A stretch of 63,714 bases of DNA, the filler included, from Nemertoderma westbladi (Eukaryota; Animalia; Xenacoelomorpha), in NCBI GenBank assembly GCA_032718475.1. It is 3 parts of 3 records of this genome, joined end to end, with 100 filler letters (N's around TTAATTAATTAA, not from the genome) between each part and the next. Parts side by side here need not be neighbours in the genome. Positions count along the whole stretch, not along the records: positions 26,657 to 58,301 come from JAUCBJ010005276.1; 2 more parts are not named here. The stretch is one strand, 5' to 3'. Shown piece after piece: positions 35,301 through 48,074 of this stretch (its first letter is position 1; the number at the start of each line of letters is the position of its first letter). Below the pieces are notes generated by a model. It saw only the letters and a list, made by a program, of their open reading frames with translations. It searched no databases and was not told where the DNA came from. The translations under genes were made by a program, and so were the position numbers.

Positions 35301-38300
35301 GAAACTGGTCCTATAGCACTGGAATCTGGTCCTATAGCATTGAAATCTGGTCCTATAGCATTGGAATCTGGTCCTATAGCACTGGCATCTGGTCCTATAG
35401 CACTGGAATCTGGTCCTATAGCATTGGAATCTGGTCCTATAGCATTGGAATATGGTCCTGTAGCATTTGAATCTGGTCCTATAGCATTGGAATCTGGTCC
35501 TGTAGCACTGGTATCTGGTCCTACCATTGGAATCTGGTCCCATAGCATTGGAATATGGTCGTATAGCATTGGAATCTGGTCCTATAGATTGGAATCTGGT
35601 CCTATAGCATTGGAATCTGGTCCTATAGCACCCGGTATCTGGTCCTATAGCATTATAATCTGGTCCTATAGATTGGAATCTGGTCCTATAGCATTGGAAT
35701 CTGGTCCTATAGCATTGGAATCTGGTCCTATAGCATTGGAATCTGGTCGTATAGCATTGGAATCTGTTCCTATAGCATTGGAATCTGGTCGTATAGCATT
35801 GGAATCTGTTCCTATAGATTGGAATCTGGTCCTATAGCATTTGAATCTGGTCTTATAGCATTGGAATCTGGTCCTGTAGCACTGGTATCTGGTCCTATAG
35901 TATTGGAATCTGGTCCTATAGCATTGGAATCTGGTCCTATAGCATTGGAATCTGGTCCTATAGCATTGGAATCTGGTCGTATAGCATTGGAATCTGTTCC
36001 TATAGATTGGAATCTGGTCCTATAGCATTGGAATCTGGTCCTATAGCACTGGAATCTGGTCCTATAGCATTGGAATCTGGTCCTATAGCATTGGAATCTG
36101 GTCGTATAGCACTGGAATCTGGTCCTATAGCACTGGAATCTGGTCCGATAGCATTGGAATCTGGTCATATAGCATTGGAATCTGGTCCTATAGATTGGAA
36201 TCTGGTCCTATAGCATTGGAATCTGGTCCTATAGCACTGGTATCTGGTCCTATAACATTGGAATCTGGTCCTATAGATTGGAATCTGGTCCTATAGATTG
36301 GAATCTGGTCCTATAGCATTGGAATCTGGTCCTATAGCATTGGAATCTGGTCCTATAGCATTGGAATATGGTCCTGTAGCACTGGAATCTGGTCCTATAG
36401 CACTGGTATCTGGTCCTATAGCACTGGTATCTGGTCCTATAGCACTGGTATCTGGTCCTATAGCACTGGTATCTGGTCCTATAGCACTGGTATCTGGTCC
36501 TATAGCACTGGTATCTGGTCCTATAGCACTGGTATCTGGTCCTATAGATTGGAATCTGGTCCTATAGCATTGGAATCTGGTCCTATAGCACTGGTATCTG
36601 GGCCTATAGCATTGGTATCTAGTCCTATAGCATTGGTATCTGGTCCTATAGCATTGGTATCAAGTCCTATAGCATTGGTATCTGGTCCTATAGCACTGGA
36701 ATCTGGTCCTATAGCACTGGTATCTGGTCCTATAGCACTGGCATCTGGTCCTATAGCACTGGTATCTGGTCCTATAGCACTGGTATCTGGTCCTATAGCA
36801 CTGGTATCTGGTCCTATAGCACTGGTATCTGGTCCTATAGCACTGGTATCTGGTCCTATAGCACTGGAATCTGGTCCTAAAGCATTGGAATCTGTTCCTA
36901 TAGCATTGGAATCTGGTGCTATAGATTGGAATCTGGTGCTATAGATTGGAATCTGGTCCTATAGCATTGGAATCTGGACCTATAGCATTGGAATCTGGTC
37001 ATATAGCATTGGAATCTGGTCCTATAGCATTGGAATCTGGTCCTATAGCACTGGAATCTGGTCCTATAGCACTAGTATCTGGTCCTATAGCACTGAAATC
37101 TAGTCCTATAGCACTGGTATCTGGTCCTATAGCACTGGTATCTGGTCCTATAGATTGGAATATGGTCCTGTAGTATTTGACTCTGGTCCTGTAGCACTGG
37201 AATCTGGTCCTATAGCACTGGTATCTGGTCCTATAGCACTGGAATCTGGTCCTATAGCACTGGTATCTGGTCCTATAGCACTGGTATCTGGTCCTATAGC
37301 ACTGGAATCTGGTCCTATAGCATTGGAATCTGGTCCTATAGATTGGAATCTGGTCCTATAGCATTGGAATCTGGTCCTATAGCATTGGAATCTGGTCCTA
37401 TAGCACTGGTATCTGGTCCTATAGCACTGGAATCTGGTCCTATAGCACTGGAATCTGGTCCTATAGCATTGGAATATGGTCCTATAGATTGGAATTTGGT
37501 CCTATACCATTAGAATCTGGTCCTATAGCACTGGTATCTGGTCCTATAGCACTGGAATCTGGTCCTATAGCACTGGTATCTGGTCCTGTAGCACTGGAAT
37601 CTGGTCCTATAGCACTGGAATCTGGTCCTATAGCATTGGAATCTGGTCCTATAGATTGGAATCTGGTCCTATAGCATTGGAGTCTGGTCCTATAGCATTG
37701 GAATCTGGTCCTATAGCACTGGTATCTGGTCCTATAGCACTGGAATCTGGTCCTATAACACTGGAATCTGGTCCTATAGCATTGGAATCTGGTTCTATAG
37801 ATTGGAATCTGGTCCTATAGCATTGGAATCTGGTCCTATAGCACTGGAATCTGGTCCTATAGCATTGGAATCTGGTCCTATAGATTGGAATCTGGTCCTA
37901 TAGCATTGGAATCTGGTCCTATAGCATTGGAAACTGGTCCTATAGCACTGGAATCTGGTCCTATAGCATTGAAATCTGGTCCTATAGCATTGGAATCTGG
38001 TCCTATAGCACTGGCATCTGGTCCTATAGCACTGGAATCTGGTCCTATAGCACTGGAATCTGGTCCTATAGATTGGAATCTGGTCCTATAGCATTGGAAT
38101 CTGGTCCTATAGCATTGGAATTTGGTCCTATAGCACTGGAATCTGGTCCTATAGCACTGGAATCTGGTCCTATAACATTGGAATCTGGTCCTATAGATTG
38201 AAATCTGGTCCTATAGCATTGTAATTGGTTTAAAGCTCATCTATCCCATCATAGTAGACATGTACCGAACAACAAGAGTCCCACAAGAAATGAAAACAAA

Positions 38301-39888
38301 TAAGTTGGTGCCAGTTCCCAAGAAGGGCAACCTAACACTCTACGGTTCTTTTCGGGGAATCTCATTGATCTCGATTGCTGCAAAGCTATACAATAGAATT
38401 ATATTAAATCGCATCAGGGATCCCATTGAGAGACTGCTCCGTGGAAATCAGAATGAGTTCCGTAAAGGTCGTGGGACCCTGGAGCCCATTTTGGCACTTA
38501 GAAGGATAATTGAAGTGTTATCAAAAAAGAAAGACAGGCATCTGGCTGTTATCTTTGTTGACTTCTTCAAGGCCTTTGATTCAGTCTCTCGCTCACGTAT
38601 GTTCAGCATACTTTCAATATATGGGATTCCTGATGAAATTATTGCAGCAATCAGATCAGTATACGATGGTTCGACAACATTTGTGTCTACTGTTGACGGT
38701 GACACAGAACCATTTGAAGTGTTATGGGGCGTCCTCCAGGGAGACACACTTGCACCATTCTTGTTCATAATTGTTGTTGACTATGTTCTACGCATGTCCT
38801 TAGATCATCATAATGATGATGGGGTGATGATAACTCCACCCACTGGCTCCAGAAGTCGAGGAAATCCTGCCAAGTACCTAACTGATCTAGACTTTGCTGA
38901 TGACTTAGGAGTACTCTCAGAATCACTAGAGGGAGCCCAACGGCTCCTCAGCTCATTAAAACATGCTGCTTCTAGTGTTGGTCTTTTTATTAACACCAGA
39001 AAGACCAAAATTTTGACAGTTAACTTTGAAAGTCCTCAGCAAGTCTCTGATCGGATGAGCATAAGCTCAAAAGATGGTATGCTTGGGCATGTGGATGACT
39101 TCTGTTACCTGGGATCATGGATCCGGAAGTCAGGTGAGGACCTTCGAATACGTAAGGGAAAGGCATGGGCAGCCTTGAATAGGCTTTCCAGGATTTGGAA
39201 GTCACCGAGAATTATTCGGAAACTTAAGGTCCGATTATTTAGAGCAGCAGTAGTTCCAGTACTCCTCTATGGGAGTCCATGCTGGGCTCTAACTGCTGAG
39301 GACACCAAATCTCTGGATGGCACATTCACAAGAATGCTACGCCGGGTTCATTGTGTCAAGTACAATGCACACATCTCCAACTAGACACTATATAACATTG
39401 GAGGTGTCTCATTGGTTCCCCCAAGCTTGACACTAGAACAAAATCGCCTCCGCTTTGCAGGACATTGCTTTCGCCGTGAGGACCAGCCAGTGCATAATCT
39501 TGTACTTTGGCAGCCTCATGGAGTGAATAAGCATGGTGGACAGCCCATGACTTTCTTGAGACCATCTTAAAGGACACTGGCCTTGAAGATGCGGATGATC
39601 TAGCAAATGTTATGGGTGATAGGGAGTTGTGGCGGTGCATTTTTGTTGATAAGCCGGCACAGCATTCTTAAAATTGCAGCTGCAATGCAGCATGCCGATC
39701 CTAGTAGTAGTAGTAATCTTTTCCTATAGCATTGGAATCTGGTCCTATAGCATTGGAATCTGGTCCTATAGCATTAGAATCTGGTCCTATAGATTGGAAT
39801 CTGGTCCTATAGCATTGGAATCTGGTCCTGTAGCACTGGTATCTGGTCCTATAGCATTGGAATCTGGTCCTATAGCATTGGAATCTGG
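32328..39888. repeat. 21-bp tandem array (~290 copies) with ~2.6-kb higher-order duplication, interrupted by a LINE
   Basis: Unit TATAGCATTGGAATCTGGTCC; identical variant runs at a 2607-2629 bp offset (ORFs 33205/35812 and 34526/37155). Confidence 0.96.
38222..39714 (+). mobile_element. 5'-truncated RTE-like non-LTR retrotransposon (RT ORF 38260..39384) inserted in the 21-bp array
   Basis: RT motifs LVPVPKKG, FRGISL, FVDFFKAFDSV, GVLQGDTLAPFLF, DLDFADDL, YLGS. The frameshifted continuation reads RLRFAGHCFRREDQPVHNLVLWQP. (TAG)n tail at ~39701-39714; no endonuclease domain. Confidence 0.92.
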
Positions 39889-42800
39889 AGCAGTAGTTCC
39901 AGGATGTGAAAGAGCAAATTTGAATGCCCTTTGATGTCTATCACGTGCTGCTAAAGCCTCACTGGTTGACTGAACAGCATCATATGTCCGTAATTGTGTA
40001 TCCCTAGAATGACCCATTGAGTGAGCAGCGTTTTCTTTTTCATGGACTTCTCCTGGTAGTCTTTGGTTGAAAAAACTCTTGGCGTGCCGAAAACTAGTCG
40101 ATCCTGCCTTCGACTTGGAACCTGGGACGAGTTTTTGCCACAGGTTATTAAGTGGGATGCTGGTGTTGTTAAGTTGCTCTCCATTACGTTTCACAAATAC
40201 GAAACTTGAATCAGAAGACAACGTACGAGAAGTGTATAATGTGCGACCGATATAAACCCATTTCTTTAATAAAACGTAATCCTTATAGCTAATGATAATT
40301 TTCTGTGGTCCATAAAATCCTGAGGTCTTTTGATTTGGTACTTGAAAAATAAACACATTATTACCGCTGATATCTTTGGTTACAAAACCCTCCTTGAAAT
40401 GTTTCAGTTTTAAGTTCTTTACAACACACTCTTGCAATCCCATGTCGTATATTATTAGACTTATAAGATACGTTTGCATTTCTGTCAGTTCGTCTTTGTC
40501 ATCAACGTCAGGTAACCTTGTAATATTGTCGCGAATTTTATCAATATATGAAGACGTCTGAAACTTATTTATCTCCACAGCTGTAGGCATGGTTTTCGTA
40601 GCCCTTTGGCGAACTGTATAGGCGTGCTTTCTAACATCGGACTACTGTCGCCGTTGTAAATCTTTTGTCACTGTCAGGCCTTTCACGGCCCCGCTAACAT
40701 CATTTAAGACAAGAAATTCAAAGTATCTCTGAAGTCTCCTTAGTACGGTTTTCAGTGTATTGGCAGACCGGGTGCCACCACCACGAATTTTCTCAGAAGC
40801 TACTTGACAGTATGCATTATGTAATTTCTGGGGATCACTTATCTCATCGAACCTTAGTATGTAGTTCTCTTTATTATCACCCATATGTTTAAAGAATGTT
40901 CTCACACTCGAAGCTATATCATTAAGATATCCCTCTCTCTATCTTTTAATGATTCTTCATTATAATATGCTTTCAAATAATCCATAAATTGAGGTTCACC
41001 TACCAGCGTCAATAGCAGGTAGTATATAACGACTTGGATCATGTAACATTCGTTCACGCTCTGAATCTCCGGGTAGAAGATTGTGTTTACAAGTCAGATG
41101 GTCACCAATCTTGTAAAAACATTTATTGCAAATTAAGCACCGCGATATTCGACGATTCGGTTTCTTTTTACCGCTTTTATATAATCTTATCACACCAGAT
41201 TTCTTAAAATATAGTTCTTTACTCTCCAGAGACAGCCGGCTTAAAACCCCAGCATGTTGTATTTGGTGTCGATTGCGTAGATGATCATTAATTCGAAGCG
41301 TTTCTTTGTGACAGAGTTTACAGATTCTAGGTATATGAGAGTCTTTTGATTTTTGTGACATGGAAACATCATCACAATCTCCACTCCATTGGTATCAATG
41401 CAATCTACGGAGAAAAAAAAACAAATTATATAATGAAGTATAAATAATTTGAATACTGGAGGGCTTATCTGAACTAAGTTAATGTATAATCAACTCAATA
41501 TATAACTGACTGGGACTGTATTGTCGAGCCACGAAGTGAGCGAAGCCTTAGCATATGGGTACCATTAACGAGTTGTCTGTCGTAGTCGTCACTCGTCTAA
41601 CTTTTGATCACTAATAACTTTGTAATTCCTTGAGGATATTAAACCAAACTTTGTATGTACTGTATGTAGTACGTCAAAAGATTAGAAAGAATATGAGGTT
41701 TGGTCAAAAATCAGACAGTCTTTCAGTCGGTACCAGTAGGTATTCTAGCGGTACCGCATCACTTCGTCTAGGTTTAATAACTTTAGCATTGCATCAATTT
41801 TGATGAAACTTTCACAGATTGACGTATGGAATGTTCGTAATTCAATGAGTACATAGAGTTTATAGCTTCCCACAATTTCACGGTCCGTCACTAGGAGGCG
41901 CTAAATATCACTTCGTCTAGGCGCCGTACCTGGGCGGGAAATTTACAAATTGTCCCTCCATCCACTAATTTCATTCATAAGAGAGGCAGGTGTATGCTGG
42001 CCCGGTTGATGTTTACATACTTACTGTATATACATAGAAGCTCAGCTGAGAAGTGGATTGGTTGCAAGTACTATAGATTACAGCTTCTCAGGTTAACTGA
42101 GTCTCGTGCTGCGCGAAAGCCCCACAAACATGTAACTTACTGTATTTACGCGAATAAGTTATACCCACCCACCCCGCCCGGGGTTGGGGTATAGGCAGGG
42201 CCGCATTTAGGAAAAGACCAACTACGCCAGAAATAGTAAATAATAAATGTAGTATAACTAGTAGGCTAAATTATATATTACCAACAAACTGAGGGGGTAG
42301 ATTCTGGGGTCTAACTCCCTTTAAAGGGAGTTAGACCCCAGAATCTACGCCGCTAACAGATATGATACCAACCATTCTGCTGGGTTGTAGCCGCATCAAA
42401 CTCCTCCTGTGTCGTGGGCGCATCAAGCTCCTGAAAAATATCACCGATACCCTGGTAACATGTGTCATTGTTGGCCATCTGTTGCATGGCAATGCCTGCG
42501 TTCGGCAGTGTAGTTGGTTGTGGAACATCATGCCACGATGCAGAAGCGTTAACCGATGGACCTGCGTTAAAATATAGGGCAACAAAATATACAATCACAG
42601 TAAGGAAGGATGGAATGTGCCCTTTGTTATGAAACTGGCGTTTGTGACACTTAGAAAAACACCATTGACATTTGAACGGACTCTAAGCAAGATTATATTT
42701 TACTTCTCGATATATGGCTTGGCTGTCTGTCTCTCTACCCGATAGTCTATTTTAAAAAGTTTAAATACCTCCATGTTCTTCTGAACTTACATCAACTTCA

Positions 42801-44159
42801 TCCAATGAACTTTCTGGTTCTTCTAAGTCAGGTGGTATTTCTGAACTTACATCAACTTCATCCAATGAACTTTCTGGTTCTTCTAAGTCAGGTGGTGCGA
42901 CGCTGTTATCTGTAATAAATTAATTGGTGTTGAGCTAATGAAACTAAAAATTAAGGTACAGTCATGTTTCAGGTGCCGAAAAATGCTACACCAGACCAGA
43001 CCGTACAGTTACGTATACAAGTATACAATTAATACAGCAATACAGAATTACTATTAACATATTAACATATTAACTGTATATAATTAGATAAGGTAAATAA
43101 AATCGACAGGTTCGTTTTATATTCATTTAATTTTATACAGTATGTAACTTTAATTACGTATATTTTATAATAAAACCGCAGTGTATTCATGCATGGTGGC
43201 AAAAATGAATAATTGTGCTATTTTTGCATACTGTATGTTTCTATAATCAATATTTGTGCTAAATTTACGTTTAAATTGCGCTTTTAATAATTGCCAAATT
43301 AATTTAGGGCAATTATGCGTTTCTGCTCGCTGGTTGGTCAAGAGTCCAGCTGGGAGAACCCTGGATCTGACCGATCATGTGAGAAGAATAGACATTGTGT
43401 CATTCTTGTTTAGTTTTGTATTAGCCATCTCGAATTTGTTGAATTTGCACTTCCGTTTGGACTGTAAATTTGCTGCTTTTCTGCTAAAAATGTAACTTTG
43501 CAATTGGATTACTGCTTGGTCTGATTATTGATTTCTTTCTGAATCACTACAATGTAATATAATATATAATCACTACAATGTAATAAATCTCAACCAATTC
43601 GTTGTTTCTTCGACGACTGTCTGACTGTTTGATGTTTTATTACGCTGTTACGGTAACAACCCATGAAAAGTCCAGTAGTATACCGCCTACCGGATCCTAG
43701 TAACGATATACCTTACTGAGTAGAATCCAGCAGTGTATACGGGCTCGTACAGTATCTGACAATAATTCCCAGTCCAGGGTGTCTAAACAAACAGATACTA
43801 AGTACGCAAACTACTACTGGCGAGGAACGGAGCCTGATGTCTATTCTAATACTTGGGCGAGTCAAATGCCCGGGCAGACAAAAGAGGATACCCGGCCTCT
43901 AACCGGTGAGGTAGATGTACAGTCTACGGTGACAGACCAAACTCACGGGAAAACAATCCCCGCGCAGCGAATCCTAACTATCTCTAATGGATCTAAATAC
44001 TAGCGTAACAATACTGCCGACAGAAAAGCAGTCAAAAGGGTGACCCACAATACCTCTTATGTGCCGTAACTAAATATTAAATATCTCCTCAAATTACAAA
44101 ACTACAGAAATATGTAGTAGAAACTATAGATAAATCCTACAGAAAAGTAACCTATTATA

Positions 44160-44543
44160 CGCCGTTTTACTAGGTTTTAGTGATTTTAATCAAAATAACA
44201 ATACCGGGCGCTAGCTACTCAATAAGCTAGTCGCACGCTATAGGCTCAATACTTACAAACTGACGCCAAAGCTCTCTCCTCCTTATCCACAACTCAACCG
44301 GGCAATTACGGTGTTACTGTTAGCTAGTGTGTGTGTCTCAAGACGCGTGTGCGTGTTTACGAATAAAACAATTTAGGTGTATCGCCGTTATACTAGGTTT
44401 TAGTGATTTTAATCAAAATAACAATACCGGGCGCTAGCTACTCAATAAGCTAGTCGCACGCTATAGGCGCAATACTTACAAACTGACGTCAAAGATCTCT
44501 CCTCCTTATCCACAACTCAACCGGGCAATTACGGTGTTACTGT
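44160..44543. repeat. ~223-bp tandem duplication (second copy partial)
   Basis: CGCCGTT.TACTAGGTTTTAGTGATTTTAATC...CGGTGTTACTGT at 44160 and 44383. Confidence 0.85.
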
Positions 44544-44856
44544 AGTAACTACACCCGTGATCGGCACTAATACCAGATTCTGAGATAAGAGAATAGGTGT
44601 TAATTACTACCATACGTTAGCTGATCTGGTATACATATTTATTCTACAACTTTGTTACTGCGGTGGTTAGCAGTAAATACCTATCAGTACGTGGCAAGTG
44701 CGCGGTAGGATGTTAGTAAACCTCACTAGGCCAAACATGAGCCGGTAGCAGAAAGCTGCCTCTTGCAAGAAAAAAAGGCACTTTTTTCACTATAAAATAT
44801 TGCTACTATTTTTCTTGAGTAGTATTTTTTGAGAACCTCGACCGCTCGACGATATA

Positions 44857-46817
44857 CAGTCGGGGTCTCAAAGTGCATCTGTTCTTTGAGATTTTCTCAA
44901 AGTTTTTCTAAAAGTGTCTAAAAGTCATTACATTACTCCCAACGGCCGCTTTGAATTCTTGTAGACACTTTTAGTTGGGAATCTCAAAGTGATTTCCTGC
45001 TTTTAGGCACTTTGAATTCTTTGAGAAATGTCACTTTGAGTTAGTTTGCGGCACTTTGAATTCTTTGAGAAAATAAACTCCGAGGTATTCCTGATTGACA
45101 GCTCGTGGTAAGTTAACTGAGAGGCAGAGGCATTCTCGGGGAACAATATTATGCGGGCAACAAAGTGATACTTGTGTGCTGGCCAGTTGTTGCATAGAAG
45201 CTATATTCCCATTAATTTGTCAAATTGAGGTTCCTGAGGTCATTACGGGATGGGTTTTCGGTCGCAAGTACAAATTGAATTTACGGCACCCTAAAGTCTT
45301 TCTAAAAAACATTCATTCAAATAATACATGAAACATAATTTGTGAAACAAGATTAATGCTTGACAAGATTGATTATTTTAATAACATAATACAATATCAG
45401 ATTAACAATTAATATAAGAGAAACTGCACTGTAGTACCTCTGTGTATACGCAGTTTCATTATAATGACCTAAAGAAACCCTGTTGGGAGAAAGCTTGTAA
45501 TAACATTTGTTATTCATTTCATTAGTAACCTCAGGTCAAACCGTACTACCTTAACTGTTTAATTAATATGATAACTATGTTGACGAGAGCGCGAGAATTC
45601 CTTAAAAACAAAGAAAGGCTTTCAAGTTTCAAGAACGATAGAACGGCTACAGTCTTGTGTTGTTTTAGCTTAATAGAGATATTAAAATATCCCCTGTCGC
45701 TGGCGTTTATATTTGAGCATATTTGAAATGTTTGCCTCAAATTCAATTGATGTGTACCGCCTTCTGGCAAAGCGGCACCCAGTTTAAACTATCAATCACA
45801 GCTAGTGAGTATTGACCCACGGTCGGCGACCTTCAAACAAACAGGTGCAGAGTCGGAAAGAACTGTCACATGCTTTGCTTGGCTTGTGGTACCATTTGAT
45901 TACATAATAGATTTTGGCAGACTGGGCGGTCGCTCTGACCATATGCATTGCGCACCAACAATGCCTAAAACATCTATGGGAATAGCCAATTAGTGCGCTT
46001 GAATCATTTATCTTTATCCCTGCCTCTATCGTTATTCTTTACTTTGTATAACACAATTTACAGTGCGGCAAAGTATGGCTGGTTGACCATTGAAATGCAT
46101 TGGTAAAGGTATTCGGCGTTCACGTGGGCTAAACAAATTTAAACAGTACAGTTTTAGCACTATACATTAATATAGATAGGGCAACAGACAAACTGTCTAT
46201 GACACAAATACCAACACATTCCGATAGCCCGCAATTATGGCGCCTCCAAAGAGTCCAAATATAAATTAATAAAATCCTCTATGAAACAATAAAAATACCT
46301 ACAAAAAATACTGCTGTATTAAATATTAGTTACTGCAGTAACATATAACAATTACTGCATTAACAAATATTTATTACTGCAATAATCAATATTAATAAAT
46401 TAATAAATAATTGAATAAAAATTAATACTGCAGTAATCAATATTAATAAATAATTGAATAAAAATTTCTACTGCAGTAACAAATTATTTGTTACTGCAGA
46501 AAAATACAATTTTTTATTACTGCAGTAAGTTTAATTCTTACTTTCAGTAACAAATATTTATTACTGCAGTATTTTTTGGAGGCATCTTTATTGTTTCATA
46601 GAGGTTTTTATTACTTATATTTTACCCTATAGTCAAAGTCAATATACCCCATACCATAGCCAGCTTCAGGCAGGACTGTATGAAATGACTGACAGTACTA
46701 ATTTGAGATCTTTGAGGACACACTTTGTCATTTTCTTGGACCACTTTTAGAAATTTGAGACACTTTTAGTTCTTTGAGAAAATCTCAAAGAACAGATGCA
46801 CTTTGAGACCCCGACTG
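44857..46817. mobile_element. Non-autonomous Tc1/mariner-like TIR element
   Basis: ~45-bp TIR CAGTCGGGGTCTCAAAGTGCATCTGTTCTTTGAGATTTTCTCAAAG flanked by TA on both sides; no transposase ORF. Confidence 0.8.
46262..46620. mobile_element. AT-rich foldback/MITE nested in the Tc1-like element
   Basis: TAATAAAATCCTCTATGAAACAATAAA..AAAAATACTGC mirrored by GCAGTATTTTT..TTTATTGTTTCATAGAGGTTTTTATTA; internal TTACTGCAGTAA palindromes. Confidence 0.7.
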
Positions 46818-48074
46818 TATACTTTGAGAACCATTAGCAAAAGATCCATAAAATTAGAAGGCTTACTACCCAGTCACACTTACGTCTACATCTTACGGCC
46901 TATGTATGTAGTATGGGCCTATATGGCAGTGAAGGTTAATGGAAGATACTGTACTACTGTAAGATAAAACCATATAACTCACAAGTTGACATACTATACC
47001 ATATATATCCATTACCTGTAGATCAATTTTACTTAAAACTAAGTTTTTTCAGTTACATGGTTTTGACTTAAGAGGGCAGTATAATGTATTTGGTTTAGCA
47101 GTTTAAAAACAGTTTAGCAGTTGGATTTATTGTTGTCCACTTGGTTATTAAAATAGAAAGTATTTCGGTCCAATGCCATTATGTCATCTGATTCACCTAA
47201 CTATTCTGACGTCACACGTATGTTTTATTTTTCCCCAACTGGTACCATTCCACAGTGAGGCATCCCTAACACGGTGTGGGGTCTGGGTCTGACTTACACC
47301 TCGCCTCGGTGGAAAGAAATTAAATAGCGTTGTAATTTTTTCTTACAACTCGTGTAAAATCTGTAATCCTTTCTTTCTTCTCGACTCAAGAATCTCGAGC
47401 ATTAATGGTACCTTGGTTAGGGAAAGATGCGGCATAAACTATTACTTCGGCTCTACTGCTGCCCGCATTAATATATTTTATTTTGACTTTAACTAAGAAT
47501 CCACAAAGCGCCAGATTATACAAGTATACAATATACAAAATCAATGGAACCAAAAACAAACTTTAAGTGAAGTAAAAGTTAAGTTTTATTCGGTTGTAAG
47601 GACAGGGATTACGCATTAACCTCTAGAACTAATGTGATATTTGTGAGAGGAGTTGTTAGGTTAAATAAAATATCGGAGCCGTTTTTAGCTAAAAAGACCA
47701 GACGGCAAAGAGGTTATCCCGATAAAGGATATAAATATATACAGTACAAATACTGTATACATAAAACCATGCCGCTGCAAAGTGCTCCCAATTCACTGAA
47801 TTGTTAAAGTGATCGTTTATTGTTTTGGTAAAAAAGGAATAAGTGCAGGAATAAGTGCATGGGAATAAGTGGGAATCGGTTGAAGGGGGAGGAGGTATAT
47901 GACTCGACAATCCGATAAATTTATAAGTTTCACTTCGGTTCATTGATTGATTTCGTTTATGTTGCATTAAATCAGATTCACTGAAAACATTAATAACCTT
48001 AAAATCAATGTATTTGATCAGTTACAAATATATATAGTTCACTACAAAATACAACAATTTTGTTACCGGTAACT

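Larger units (their letters stand above)
31523..43550 (-). pseudogene. Intron-containing tyrosine-recombinase gene (Crypton-like), disrupted
   Basis: ORFs 40996..41361, 40642..40905 and 39787..40590 share one frame, separated by stops or compensating frameshifts. They encode two CxxC..HL..H motifs, then a YR core: GLQECVVKNL (catalytic R>Q), NQKTSGFYGP, STSFRH, AHSMGHSRDTQLRTY. Terminal exon 31756-31523 is Myb/SANT-like (VWSPNSSVRLCEAFREEI..P..KTDKQIYQRLN). Phase-1 candidate upstream exons (lower confidence): 42561-42373, 42909-42769, ~43547-43269. Confidence 0.78.

Noticed and set aside
32474-38091. Many ESGPIAL/GPDSNAI repeat ORFs (likewise ORFs in the other arrays)
   Set aside because: By-products of stop-free repeat units, repeatedly frameshifted by 20-bp variants.
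38260-40590. DIRS-type element (RT next to tyrosine recombinase)
   Set aside because: The RT is non-LTR RTE-like, on the opposite strand, 5'-truncated with its own tail: a secondary insertion.
43640-44600. LTR retrotransposon remnant
   Set aside because: Only weak TGT-start and PBS-like hints; no paired LTRs or gag/pol similarity recognised.
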